A stretch of 63,473 nt of DNA, filler included, from Octopus bimaculoides (GCF_001194135.2; 5 parts of 5 records of this genome joined end to end with filler, not necessarily neighbours in it), one strand, 5' to 3'. Positions 11,140 through 23,897 are shown, counted from the whole stretch's first letter. The notes: generated from the letters alone by a model not told the origin. Translations and numbers: made by a program.

Positions 11140-11680
11140 AAATGGTTGGCTATATTTTCCATGGTCAACCAAAAGCCTTTTCAAAACAAATACAAACATT
11201 CACCTTCTTTCTACGTATTTGTGAGTCATGTAATGTTTTTTTCCCTACAACGCACACTAACCTATTTCCTTGTTTTTCTTTGAACGATTTTTCCCATTTC
11301 TTACTCGTCTTTCTGTGTTTTTCTTTTACTGAAGAAAAACAAATGTCCGAAACGTAGTATTTTTCATTCCTCAAATTATCATACAAACATTTATGTATAA
11401 ACTCTTCCGACGAACACACCCAATAATTTCTTCGGATCTGAACCTGTATTTAGAGGGGTTACAATGTAAAATGTTCTTGAAATGCAAAAACATAGGTTGG
11501 ACAAAGCTAGAATGCTTTCTTGACGATAACATAACATCAAGCAACAACTGATTGTAGTCTTATGAATTGTTAGTTAACCCCTAACACTTCCTAATCATAC
11601 ACCATAACTTATGGAAAGACACAAACACTTTGAATACAATTTCAATGCCTCAACAATACCCAAAAAAGAACTGAAACCGG
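11140..11680 (+). mobile_element. possible Penelope-like pseudo-LTR and 5' remnant
   Basis: Degenerate hammerhead-like motif at 11329-11359 and weak resemblance to the PLE N-terminus downstream. Confidence 0.3.
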
Positions 11681-11699
11681 TTATCATTCTTTTGAAAGG

Positions 11700-11815
11700 G
11701 ATGCGCTGGCACAATCGTTAACGTGTTACGCAAAATGCTTGGCGGCAGTTTTTCCGTCTCTTTACGTTCTGCGTTCAAATTCCACCGAGATCAGCTTAAC
11801 CTTTGATCTTTTTAT
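11700..11815 (+). mobile_element. SINE family A 5' part
   Basis: TGGCACAATCGTT...GCGTTCAAATTCCACCGAG. Confidence 0.75.
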
Positions 11816-12552
11816 CATCATAATCATCTTCAAATCCTTAGTATCACTGTCTCGAGTCCCTAGAGACCATGGGGTCGGTTACGCGGTTTCCATGGCGTTA
11901 AAAGTGACTGAGATCGCNNNNNNNNNNNNNNNNNNNNNNNNNNNNNNNNNNNNNNNNNNNNNNNNNNNNNNNNNNNNNNNNNNNNNNNNNNNNNNNNNNN
12001 NNNNNNNNNNNNNNNNNNNNNNNNNNNNNNNNNNNNNNNNNNNNNNNNNNNNNNNNNNNNNNNNNNNNNNNNNNNNNNNNNNNNNNNNNNNNNNNNNNNN
12101 NNNNNNNNNNNNNNNNNNNNNNNNNNNNNNNNNNNNNNNNNNNNNNNNNNNNNNNNNNNNNNNNNNNNNNNNNNNNNNNNNNNNNNNNNNNNNNNNNNNN
12201 NNNNNNNNNNNNNNNNNNNNNNNNNNNNNNNNNNNNNNNNNNNNNNNNNNNNNNNNNNNNNNNNNNNNNNNNNNNNNNNNNNNNNNNNNNNNNNNNNNNN
12301 NNNNNNNNNNNNNNNNNNNNNNNNNNNNNNNNNNNNNNNNNNNNNNNNNNNNNNNNNNNNNNNNNNNNNNNNNNNNNNNNNNNNNNNNNNNNNNNNNNNN
12401 NNNNNNNNNNNCAATAACCTTCGCCAGAGATATAGGGTTCTGCTCTTTTCTCGAGCCCAAGGACTCAAAGAGCCAAATACCCGGTTTCTATAGTGTATAA
12501 GCGACCAAGATCACAATATTACCTCTGAACAGGTAACCGGTTCATTGTAAGG

Positions 12553-12732
12553 GGCCCAAATCGATTACATCGATCTCAGCACTCGACTGTTCTTTTATTT
12601 TATCGACCGCAAACACATTAAAGGCATAGTTGACCAATGCTGAATTTGAACTGAGAACGTAAAAAGAGGGGGACAAAATGCGTAGTGGCATTTTGTCCGG
12701 CGTATTAACGATCCTGCCTGCTCGCCACCTTA
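12553..12732 (-). mobile_element. SINE family A
   Basis: Reverse complement of core and head (GAATTTGAACTGAGAACG...GCTCGCCACCTTA). Confidence 0.8.
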
Positions 12733-13244
12733 GTTTTCAGTTTAGATCTATTGATTTCAGTTGAAGATCTTTGCTTGTCAAACTAAAGAAACACTCGTAA
12801 ATTATACCACATAGTCGCTATTTGCAGCGAATACTTACACCTCCTAATGATACCTAATTATAGTCAAGTGGTGTGAGTCATTGAGAGTCGAGAACCTTTA
12901 ACGTGGAAGGCAGCCAGTAAAGAACAATTATGAAACACTATTAAATGTGTTTGCCAAGTTACGCAACTCGTTTCTATCGTAATTCTGTGTTGTCTAATAT
13001 CGGTTGTACTCCTGAATATTACAAATATTTATCGTCTTCACCTGCGGCGGAAAACAGGAAAATTAACTTTGCAAGAGTTGAATGCGAATTCGTGATACGC
13101 CAAACAGTATGAATTAATACACTTCCAGTCCGGCTGTTTCTCAATTGAAATATTTAAAGACGACACTTTTGGCGTCGTGATTAGGCATTTGGGTTTTCGA
13201 TCATAAAGTTGTAAGTTTAATTCTCGGTCCGGAAATTACATTGA

Positions 13245-13625
13245 TAACTATTCTCCAGATTTTCAACTCTGGGCTGTCTTTTCTACCTCTCTCCAGTTGG
13301 ATCCCTGTTTTTCAATTTCCCATCAGCTTTTGCTGCATCGTCTGTTTCGCTAAGAGAAGGCCTTCCTCTTCCAGGTTTTGTTGGCTTTTTGGAATTGTCA
13401 TTGATGCTTCTGTAATTTTGATTTTTTTTTTTACTCAGTCGGATTGTTGGCCCTACTCAAACCCGATTTAACCTCAGGGAGGAGGCGATTCATATTAGTC
13501 TGACTCCCATCCTTTGATTTATCCAGCATGGGAGGCCCTGCCAAAAGCTTGCGCTCCGCAGGCATAACTCACAGAATCATTGAGGCACATAAGCCTTCAC
13601 ACTGCAACAAGAACTGGACCTTGTT
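13245..13625 (-). mobile_element. internally deleted (bipartite) RTE derivative
   Basis: RTE-like 5' UTR motifs (GGCAGGGCCTCCCATGC; GGGTTTGAGTAGGGCCAACAATCC...TAAAAAA) joined to the last codons (WREVEKTAQ..WRIVI). Confidence 0.6.
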
Positions 13626-14394
13626 CTCGACTATTACAGAACAGAATTTCATTGAGGAGGGATTAACTTTTAAATGCGCGAAACGCGCGAAATCTTGGTT
13701 CGATCCACAATTAAACCACTTTTTACTTCACATGTTCCTTGCACTTTAAATTTCCAACCAGACTCGGAAGCCTGGATGACCTGGTCTCCAAGACATTAAG
13801 TTGAATAGCCTCAGGCCCCCACCATCACTAGTACCATGTTCCTCCATCATCATGGTTAAGAAATGCTTGTAGAAGTTTGATAACATCTCATTGAGGTTCT
13901 TTTCGGTGTTTAGCTGTCTCACTCGTCGAAGATTCATTACTTTATTCAATATCATTTTGGCTTCTCTCTATCGTTGAGAAGACTTTGGCAGTTACAAAGC
14001 GACCCGTACAAAAGCATTGAAACAATTTTGTTTACAATCAGAATATAAAGCTGAGTAAAACGTATTATCAATTTATTTCTTAATTAACAATTTCATACTG
14101 GGTGATAATACATGTCGATGAAACATAAAGAGAAACTGACTGTTGTTGTTTAATCGCGACTGATGTTGATTGAGCAGAACTATGATCAATAGCATCCCGC
14201 TTGGTCACTCTAGGATGGTGATTGTAGTGGTAATGTTGATGGCCTTAAACCAGGTGACAGAGCATTGCGTCCAACACACAAAATATTTCGATAATTCATG
14301 GCTCCTCAACTGACTAACATACTGATTGATAGGGCTGCCATTAACATAAACCCGATTAAACGAGCGATTTAGCCTATTCTTGCTGACTGTATTG

Positions 14395-14546
14395 GTTACG
14401 TTCTGTGTTCAAATTCCGCCGAGGTCAACTTTGCCTTTCATCCTTACGGAGTCGATAAATTAAGTACCAGTTGCCTACTGGATCGATCTAATCGACTGAC
14501 CCCTCCCTAAAAATTTCGGGCCTTGTTCCTAGAGTAGAAAAGAATT
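14395..14546 (+). mobile_element. SINE family A 3' two-thirds
   Basis: B-box, core and TAGAGTAGAAAAG tail. Confidence 0.88.
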
Positions 14547-16164
14547 ATATTAACGAGTGGATTGCCTGCGCCACACATAACAGCATTTTTATTTATTTAT
14601 ATATTTATTGTACCTTTTACGTAACCTAAATTTAAATCGTACATCGCGCTTAAATTTTTATGAAGCATCCCTAATTTTTAACAAGGGCATTATTTGTAAT
14701 CATAGGAACTTCTCTAGCGGTCTCAAACAGCGTTATGTATTACGATTAACGACACCGGATATTACTATCAGGTATAACTCTTTCGACTAACACCGCCGGT
14801 GAACTAGTCATTTTCCCCACTTATTGCTCCATACACCTGATTGAAGAAATGTACAAAAATGTGCAACCCTAAACGACACAAAAATGTGAGCCTCAAGACT
14901 TAACGAACTTTTTCCTTCTGTCTATATTCCTCCGATAAAATCTAAATCGTTCTGACGAGGTTTGATAAATGGAACGAGATAAATGCAAATTTACTTTAAA
15001 AATAACAAACTGAAACAGCTGTAAATGTTTTTAACTACAATTTTAACTTTTAATACCAATGATCAACTTCTAATTGTTAATTGTTGCTCCATTTCTTTTC
15101 TAATCTGAATATATTAAACCATGGTTTACCATTTAAATTACCAACTATTCTTAACCTGATAGCAAGGCCTATACATAGTGAGGTAATACACCTGTAGTGC
15201 TTATGGATACATTTATCCCTTAGACGGTTGCATAACCTCTAACTCATAATATATATATGCATACACAAATATACACGTATACACTAATACGTATACAGAC
15301 ACGCATGTTCATCATTACATTTAATTGTACATGCAGCTATATACATTTTTAGCGAAAATATTCCGCATTTGTTGGGGGCTACGTCTTTATAAATACATTA
15401 ACACACACACATTTATACACACATAGATACCACTTTGCAAATGATTTCCAGCAACGCGAGTGTATTTCATTTTCTTCTCTTAGTGTATTGTATTTAGAAG
15501 TAAATAAAAACAACAAAAAAAACAGTAACGAAGAAACAAAATAAATAAATATAGAAAGAAAGAAAAAACATGTTTGAAGAGAAGACGTCTTTATAGACTC
15601 TTGAGTGAATTGATATTAAAATATGCACCACTAATCTTTTTGTAATAAATTTCTTGCCTACTTATGTAATGCAATGCCGTAGTATTTTCATCACATACCA
15701 CTAGGTTGCGCGCATTCTCGTAAAAGTTTCTTGTACATGTATCGCCTATTGACGCTTACGTACGTAAACAAACAAATATACATACATACTTAAACATATG
15801 GGTATGTATATGTATATACGCACACACACACACATGTACATCTCTCGCTCTCTTTATACATATACACACACACCAGCACCACGAGTGAGCGTACACTTCC
15901 ATGTAAAAGAATTAAAAATATGTTTTATTTCTCTTTTCTCTTTTACATTCGCCCAAACAGAAACAGAAAGGAAAATGTATTTATAAATTTGAAAATATAT
16001 AAACGCCTTTCCTGCGTTGTTGTAAATCGATTCTACGAAAATAGAGTGAAATGCTTTAATCGAAGATAAAACATGTATCAAAGCTTGAAACCACCGGCCA
16101 CTATTAGTTTTTTAGGGCAATTTTTCTGAATATTCTATTTAACAAAGACTTAGAAAAATGTAAA

Positions 16165-16575
16165 GACGCAGGCATGACTGTGTTGTAAGAAGTTTGATTC
16201 CTAACCACATGGTTTCAGGTTCGGTCCCACAGCTTGCCACTTTGGGCCAAATGTTTTCTATTATAATCTCAGGACAACCAAAGCATTTTGGGTGGATTTG
16301 GAGGATGGAAAGTGAAAGAAACCCGTCGTATATACACATATGTTTGTGTGTGTGTATATGTATGTATATTTGTATTCGTGTCTGTTTGTCCCCTACTATC
16401 GTTTCACAACCGGGATTGGTGTGTTTACGACCCCGTATCTTTGCAGTTCAGCAAAAGTGGACCGACAGAATAAGTACCAAGCTTTAAAAAATATACTGAA
16501 GTTGATTCATTCCATTAAAAGTCCTTGAAGGTGGTGCCCCAGCATGGCTGCAGTCTTATGGCTGAAACAAATAAA
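16165..16575 (+). mobile_element. SINE family C, full length with internal microsatellite
   Basis: Head GGCATGACTGTGTTGTAAG/GGTTCGGTCCC, CTTTGGGCCAAATG centre, internal (TG)n, tail GGTGCCCCAGCATGGCTGCAGTC...GAAACAA. Confidence 0.88.
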
Positions 16576-16579
16576 ATGA

Positions 16580-16815
16580 ATGGCTGAGTGATTAAGAAGA
16601 TTGCTTTGCAACCACGCGGTTTCGGGTTCAGTCCCACCGAGCGACACTATGGACAAGTGTCATCTACTATTGACCGCGGGCCAAAGAATAACATGAACGA
16701 ATTTGGTAGACGGAAACTGTGTTGAAGCCCGTCATGTATGTGTGTGTCTTTGGGTCTGTGTCTGACCCATTACCACCACTTGACAACGGGTGTTGGTTCG
16801 TTTACTTCTCCGTAA
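16580..16815 (+). mobile_element. SINE family C, tandem second copy, 3'-truncated
   Basis: GGGTTCAGTCCCAC...GGACAAGTGTCATCTACTAT...GTAGACGGAAACTG. Confidence 0.85.
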
Positions 16816-16968
16816 ACGATGAAAAAGATTCCACAGTATAGGGTAGAGTTTATCGCAGAATATAATAGAACGAGACTTTCCAAATTTAAATATTTTTAAA
16901 GCCTATCATGTGTGTGTGTTAGTGCAAAGAGGGAAAACAGAACTCAAAATATGAGTATATGTATATTT

Positions 16969-17798
16969 GGGGCTAATGTAATTTCGCACCTCTCCTTGAA
17001 AAACGCATTTTTAAAAAAAAACTTTTTTCGGATCCCTACGTTTTAGATGTCAGAGAATACGAATATGCAAAAAAAAAGAAAATTTTTTTAAATTTCACCC
17101 CCACCTCTTCGCCCCCTCCCCCCAATTAAAATTTTTTATTTTGTTTACATTAAAGAGATCGTAGCGAATTGACGAACATACGCAAATCGAAATTAAATTC
17201 AGAAAAAAAACAGAATTTGCGTTTTACTTGTGTTTACCTTAAATAATCGTAAATAATAATATAATATAAATTAAATATACACCACATCCCCATGTGAGCC
17301 ATTTTATGAGAAACAGACATTAATATTTAATAATTAATGTTATGAAGTTTAATAAGGAGCTCAAATTTCACCCCTCCCCCAATTTTAAATTTTGAACTTT
17401 TTCATCCATTTATTTATTTGTCTATTTATTCATAAAATATATTTGTCAGCTAACTGTGGCGGTCCTATAGAGGACGGTGTTACTGTTGTTTTTAGCCCCA
17501 GGGAGACATTCATATCTGTCTATCTCCTTATACACATATCTCTATGCTTATTGAATTTAAAAGTTTCAAAACGTGGTTTCTTGCATATTCGGAATCTCCG
17601 TCATCTAAAACATAGGGAAAGAAAAATTTCGAAAAAGTTCAAAATTTNNNNNNNNNNNGGGGGGGGGTATTTTTAATTTATCTAAAATTTTTTTTGCATT
17701 TTCGTAATCTCCGACATCTAAACCATAGGAATTAAAAAACAAAACACTCTTCAAAAAAATGCATTTTTCAAAGAGAGGTGCGAAACTGCATTAGCCCC
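16969..17798. mobile_element. long-TIR MITE with perfect 8-bp TSD (MULE- or Merlin-like)
   Basis: GTATATTT|GGGGCTAATGTAATTTCGCACCTCTC...GAGAGGTGCGAAACTGCATTAGCCCC|GTATATTT; TIR similarity extends about 150 bp; no ORF. Confidence 0.85.
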
Positions 17799-17848
17799 GT
17801 ATATTTTTATTAATATTTAACAGAAGCAACAGAGTGACTTACGATCCG

Positions 17849-18130
17849 CGAGTTTCGTGTGTGGACACTTATGGAATTTCAACCATGTTTCGTGGTCTGC
17901 TACCACAACAGCTCCTTTATAGGATCCAGTTAGCTCAAGACATTATCAGGAGGAACCACGTCCGGTTTCGGCCCCTACTCCTCTACCGTTTTGACGTGGC
18001 GCCCCCCCCCCTTTCGGAGGTGTCTTCAGCTCTGGTGTTGAGTGCATGTCTTCTTTCTTCTATTCCCTGACCTCTTCGATGCAGCATCAACAAGTGTCAG
18101 TTAGAGGTTGAAGGTCTGCGTGTTTATATA
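17849..18130 (-). promoter_or_regulatory. GC/CpG-rich island with TATA box and downstream GTAAGT (candidate promoter or first exon)
   Basis: TATATAAA at 18130-18123 on the minus strand, TGACGTGGC at 17992-18000, donor-like ATC|GTAAGT at 17848; no ORF reaches the donor. Confidence 0.2.
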
Positions 18131-18449
18131 ACTGTTGATAAACAAACAAATATATTTCCCTAGGGAATATTCTAGAAGGAATTATAATAATATCACGTGG
18201 ATAATTCTAAAACTTCAAAAGTTATGTCATTCGATAAGCAAATACATATATAAATAAGAAAAGAAACAAAGAAAGAGAAAAAGAAAAACAAAAGAATATT
18301 GTGTGACATTATATACACAAACATATACACACATATGACGCTAAACATATCAAAACGAAACAAACCCCACAAAATTCTCACAATCATATAAATGAGAGAA
18401 AGTGCACATGAATTACATTAAGGGTTTTCATGCATAAAGACAAAACAGA

Positions 18450-18630
18450 ATGTGTGTGTGTGTGTGTGTTTGCCACTCACCGTCGCTTGACAACCGGTGT
18501 TGGTTTGTTTAGATAGAATAAGAATAGAATAAGAAAGTAGACTTAAAAAACCCAAGTACTGGAGTCGATTTGTTCGTCTTCAAGGCGGTGCCCCAGCATG
18601 GCCGCAATCCAAGTAAAAGATTAAAGACAA
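18450..18630 (+). mobile_element. SINE family C 3' half
   Basis: CGCTTGACAACCGGTGTTGG...AAGGCGGTGCCCCAGCATGGCCGCA. Confidence 0.85.
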
Positions 18631-19394
18631 AAGATGGCGATTTCGAGGGCCACAAAAATACTGCGAGATGTAGAAGACCCTCAAACTGAAGGATACATTT
18701 TTAGGAAGAAACTGGAAATACTGTAAAATAGTTTCAGTTGAAGAATGTCTCGGCCAACATCACACAACGTTACCCTTAATTAACTTCCACCTACCCACCC
18801 AACAACAATAACAACAAGCTACTAATACCCCAAAATAAACAGTTTGATTGTTTATTCCTTAGTATTTTTCTAATTCTTTGTTTCAGTATTATAAATTCTT
18901 TACGTAAGTGATGACATGTCATCATTTATGACGCCCATTAAAATGTCGACTTCTTTATTTAGCGCATCTCACATAAAAACATCTCCGTTTTATCTGTTTT
19001 ATTACAGAAGCATCTGATTGTGGTAATTAATTTTGACCATGGTTTTCCTTTTAACATTTCTTTTATAGTTCGTTATCTTATGTTTCTCGTGTTTATTGTG
19101 TGTGTGTGTGTGTGTGAGGATATATATCGTGAAATGAGAGAGGGGGTAGATAGATACGCGTGTATAATGCATGTGTCTAAATACCAACGAAAACACCTGT
19201 GCTTACATATACAAGCACACACATATACGTGTGCATCTATGTACGTAAATGAACACACTATTTAATGTGCATTCATATACTAAAATACGCATACACACAC
19301 ACACACACACACACACACGTGTCTATATATACAAATACAAATTCATATGCTCTTGCAATAGCGTACATATGCACTCACATGCTAAAATAAACAC

Positions 19395-19453
<59 letters not shown>

Positions 19454-19487
19454 TGGTTTGCTGGCAAAATCCTATGCAAACCAAACC

Positions 19488-19655
19488 AATATGCTTACTG
19501 GAATTTTTTCAGACTTTTGTTTCCAAATTACGTCGAGGTCGACTTTACTCTTTATCCTTTCGAGTTTGGCGAAATAAGCGCCAGTCGTGTGCTCGGGTCG
19601 ATGTAATCGAGTTGCCCTCTGCCTCAAAACTTCAGGTCTCCTACTTATAATAGAA
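19488..19655 (+). mobile_element. SINE family A, degenerate
   Basis: GAGGTCGACTTTACTCTTTATCCTTT...GGGTCGATGTAATCGA. Confidence 0.75.
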
Positions 19656-19984
19656 AGTGTGTGTGTGTTGAGAATGTTGTTTTAAAGCACTCTTAAAAAA
19701 TAACAAGCGACCATTGGCGAGTGTTTGACCCTATTCTGAGAATGCAATACAATTTGGCATACGTGTGTGGTTTGAAGGAGATTTGTGTTATCCCTCTCAA
19801 GATGTTCAGTTTCTCACGCTGACCGATACAAACATATTTACATACTACAGTCGCTAATAGGATGCGCTTGGAGGGTGACTTGGCTACTATTTCTTGCAGA
19901 TAGAGCTACCACATATACAGCTCCCTTGTTAGCTTAGATACATAAATACTGACACACATATACATACACGTAGCGATTGTTACA

Positions 19985-20290
19985 TCTTCTCTGATGATTG
20001 CTGTCCCCTCGTGATTCCTCATTGTCGATGACATTTTTGACTCTCCCTCCATGACCTCTCAGATGACTATTCAGTCCTGTTGCACATCCGCATGGTTTGA
20101 AGCACAGGTGACAGGCGAAAGGCATAACTCACCGTGCTATTCCAACTGGTCTGATTTGTACAGATCTCCTTCTATCGCGGTAGGACTTTCAGTGGATGTA
20201 GTTCTGAGCGCCGAGATGCAGAAATACCCTTGGTTGGTTTTCAGGGTTCGCGGGAAAATCACCGGGTATGAGGCACCCTCTAGCGGATCT
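19985..20290 (-). mobile_element. RTE-clade LINE 3' end
   Basis: FACHLCFKPCGCATGLNSHLRGH, the terminal CCHH-like motif typical of RTE ORFs. Confidence 0.65.
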
Positions 20291-20983
20291 TTTCTGGTTG
20301 GCTGCCACTTTTCAATTTCTTCAATTTTGTTCCAATTAATTTCAAATTTGGTCTATTGATGTAGTTTTGTATGTTTATTATTTTCATCAATAAATAAATC
20401 AATAAATAAACCGTTAATAACCTTTAAAGTCTGCAAATGTTGGGTAATATTAGTCAATTATTTATTTATTATTTTGTTTGTCATTAAATGCATGTTAAAT
20501 GCTTAAAACGTGTGCTATCATCGCAATGTTGACATTATTGTTTTGTCTTACGATGGCAGTCACGCACAAAATGACAGCTTTCAAATCCTGTTTTCTGAAA
20601 GGGTAAAAAATAATATACTTTAAGCCTCTATAACTTTTTTTTTTCTTGAACAAGAGAATTAAGATCTGAGATAAAGCTTGAGAAATTACTTCAATACACC
20701 AAATTTGAAATTTTTTTAATTTCAAAAAGTGCAGCCAAACAGGAGAGAGAGATCCCGTCCAGCTGTTGTCACAGCATCCTACTAGGAGAGGCACACTGAT
20801 GTAGCACTGACGTTTCACATGATTCCTGGTGATCTCGCTTCGATTTGTCATTAGGTACTTATTACAGAGACTTGGGGAGTTATAGTCGTGTTTTACATGC
20901 TTTATCACTTTATAGTAATCCTATGTTATACAGATATCTCTTTATGGTGACTTCATTCGTCATACATTCACATGCATACATAA

Positions 20984-21345
20984 GCTATCACCCACTTCAT
21001 AAGCAGATGTCCGAAAATGTCATCACGGCATTATCTGCCGATTAAACATGATGTTGTAGCTAGGAGACTCTATAATGAAATACGTCGGAAGAATAACCCC
21101 ACGGACAAAGAAATAAGAACCCACAATATGGTAGAAGCCATAGCCACTCATAATAAAAAGAACTGGTGGAATGTTCCAGTGAAGACCTCAATAAGATGTA
21201 AGCCCAATAAACATATAATGTTTTGGGATAGAGAAGAGAAACTGCACAGTTGTGGACATTAGCTGCCCAGCGGATGTTAACATAAAGGCACTCTTCTTTT
21301 AATTTTGACTCTATATCTTCAGGAGGAGTTACCTCAATCCTTTCT
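20984..21345 (+). mobile_element. R4/Dong-type LINE fragment (CCHC + REL start), ending in a short piece that appears inverted
   Basis: ITHFISRCPKMSSRHYLPIKHDVVARRLY...WWNVPVKT..KPN...WDREEK...DISCPADVN. Confidence 0.85.
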
Positions 21346-22381
21346 ATATTAATGATAATAATAATAACAATAATCCTAGGATGGAATTTATAAACATTTA
21401 ATGCATCGCTACGCGCGTTTCCCCATATCACATGACTTTTAAGATCACAGTCTGTGGTGGTGGATTTATTTTGCTATTCATTCAGCAGATATTAAGGATG
21501 GGTGGTACATTCTTTTGTTTGGTTTCATTTAAGGCACGACTTAATTTCAATTAATTCAGAACTCAACGGGTGGTCAAGTACTGCTGCTATACAGCGGGGG
21601 TTTGTTGACTGAATTGATAAATACTATATGGTGACCTTTTCATTGTTTTTGTTGGTATAGTGTATTGCATTTCAAATATTTGTTGGTTTGTTTATGTATC
21701 CGGGTTTCTTCTATCTTATTCCCATCTTTACATAATATGACCACCTCAGGGTGCCTATCTATCACGTTTTCCCTGGATGTTATTATTTCCAGGGTTTCTT
21801 CTAGGGCGTAGGTTGCAGACCCGTAATGTTGCGTTATATGGTGCAATATTTTTAATAACGGACCAGTTGGTTGTCTGTTTCACTCCATTCTGTTTTAGTC
21901 TCCAGGCGAGGTTCGATAGAGATGTGGAATGTCTTTTATTTAATTCGAAAATGATGAGAGAGATGTATGTATATGTTGGTTTTCGTATTATTGGACTTAA
22001 TCCTTTTGCTTTGACAATATAAAAGTTAAAAGTACGAAGTCCAGTAATTAACCCTCAGTAATTAGATGTGTGAAATTTTTTTTCAGAAAAATAATGTCGA
22101 TCGATAAGTGGTAAGATTAGGCTGGTCTTGCCTTTGCTTGTTGCTGTTGTTTTTTAGGATGTTTCTTGTTTCCGTTTGTAAGATTGGGGGTCGTTAGGCA
22201 TGTCCTGGTTATATATATATATATATTTATTGTGTTTGTGTCTAAACATATGTCTAGATACCTTCCAATACAATCAACCGGAAATATGGCGTAACTTTTT
22301 AACATGAAATCATTTGCGTCCAACGGCTACCGAAACGATTGTAACTAGTGCGCAGCATGTTCCTCGTGTTCTTATTTGGAT

Positions 22382-22384
<3 letters not shown>

Positions 22385-22432
<48 letters not shown>
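22385..22432. repeat. (TG)n microsatellite
   Basis: Direct inspection. Confidence 0.95.
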
Positions 22433-22954
22433 ATGTCTGTGTGCATGTCTGTGTGTACGCATGTATTCCGTAGGAATCTACCTTATACATTCCTCTGAAT
22501 TAGTAGAATAACTGTTGCCTACCACAGACTGAGACAATGAATAAAGATTATCACAGAATCACTGATAATTCTGCTAGAAGATCTCTTGTAATAGCAATCT
22601 CAAATGATACACAATAAAAACATACTTAATGAAATGGCTGCGTCTTCTGTTTCCTGAAATATACGAACGCGTTTGCACGTGGGTGTGTACATGTGTGTGT
22701 ATGTATGTGTATGCATGAGTTTGCGTGTGTGTGTGTGGGGAGTATTATGTGTAAAATAGAAACTGTTACAAATATCACGCGCAGACGTACACACGCGCTT
22801 ATATATGTACATAAAATAATGGTGACTGGGGCTTAATCTCCAGGGACGCCTGCTCCATGTTAACTTAATTGTATACTGGGCGCGAGCAAAACTAGACGTG
22901 TGTGTGTGTGTGTGTGTATACATACATGTATACATGTACATATATGCATTTGTG

Positions 22955-22964
<10 letters not shown>

Positions 22965-23035
<71 letters not shown>
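22965..23035. repeat. (CA)n microsatellite
   Basis: Direct inspection. Confidence 0.97.
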
Positions 23036-23037
<2 letters not shown>

Positions 23038-23154
23038 TCTGCCTAAATATATAAAACATATATGTGTAAGCACAAGCACGTGTGTTTATTTTACTCATAA
23101 GTACGTAGGAAATAGCATTGTGTATACACCGGCACACCCTGGTATATATATATA

Positions 23155-23330
23155 TTTAGCGGTAGTTCGTCTGTCTTTACGTTCTGAGTTCAAATTCCGC
23201 CGAGGTCGTCTTTGTCTTTCATCCTTTCGGGGTCGATGAATTAAGTACCAGTTGCGTACTGGGGTTGATCTAATCGACTGGCCCCCCCTCCCCCAAAATT
23301 TTGGGCCTTGCGCCTTAGAGTAGAAAAGAA
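23155..23330 (+). mobile_element. SINE family A
   Basis: GAGTTCAAATTCCGCCGAGG, core, TAGAGTAGAAAAG tail. Confidence 0.9.
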
Positions 23331-23668
23331 CATGTATATATATACTTATATGTATATATGTATACATGTATATATATATGTGTGTATGTATATATATATG
23401 TGTGTATGTATATATATATGTATGTATGTATATATATATGTATGTATATATATATGTATGTATATATATATGTATGTATATATATATGTATGTATATATA
23501 TATGTATGCATGTATATATGTATGCATGTATATATGTATGCATGTATATATGTATGTATGTATGTATATATGTATGCATGTATATATGTATGTATATATA
23601 TATGTATGTATATATATATGTATGTATATATATATGTATATATATATGTATGCATATATATATGTATG
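23331..23668. repeat. compound (TATG)n/(TA)n array
   Basis: About 340 bp of higher-order TATG/TA units. Confidence 0.95.
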
Positions 23669-23768
23669 NNNNNNNNNNNNNNNNNNNNNNNNNNNNNNNN
23701 NNNNNNNNNNNNTTAATTAATTAANNNNNNNNNNNNNNNNNNNNNNNNNNNNNNNNNNNNNNNNNNNN
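23669..23768. other. synthetic assembly spacer N44-TTAATTAATTAA-N44
   Basis: Exactly 100 bp; palindromic 12-mer with stops in all six frames; identical at four sites. Confidence 0.95.
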
Positions 23769-23774
23769 ATTATG

Positions 23775-23807
<33 letters not shown>

Positions 23808-23824
23808 ATTGTTATCATTCTCAC

Positions 23825-23897
<73 letters not shown>
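23769..23897. repeat. (ATT)n microsatellite
   Basis: Direct inspection. Confidence 0.97.

Noticed and set aside
13746-13955. 69-aa minus-strand ORF as a host exon
   Set aside because: No convincing splice sites or recognisable motif; probably decayed TE sequence.
18008-18035. Minus-strand CTGAAGA...GAAA as a hammerhead
   Set aside because: The intervening CACCTCC cannot form stem II, and there is no NUH or stem I.
23713-23724. TTAATTAATTAA recurring at 23713, 47903, 58082 and 61466 as a possible biological motif
   Set aside because: Always exactly N44 + 12-mer + N44 = 100 bp, with stops in six frames. This is a scaffolding spacer, and adjacency across these joins is uncertain.
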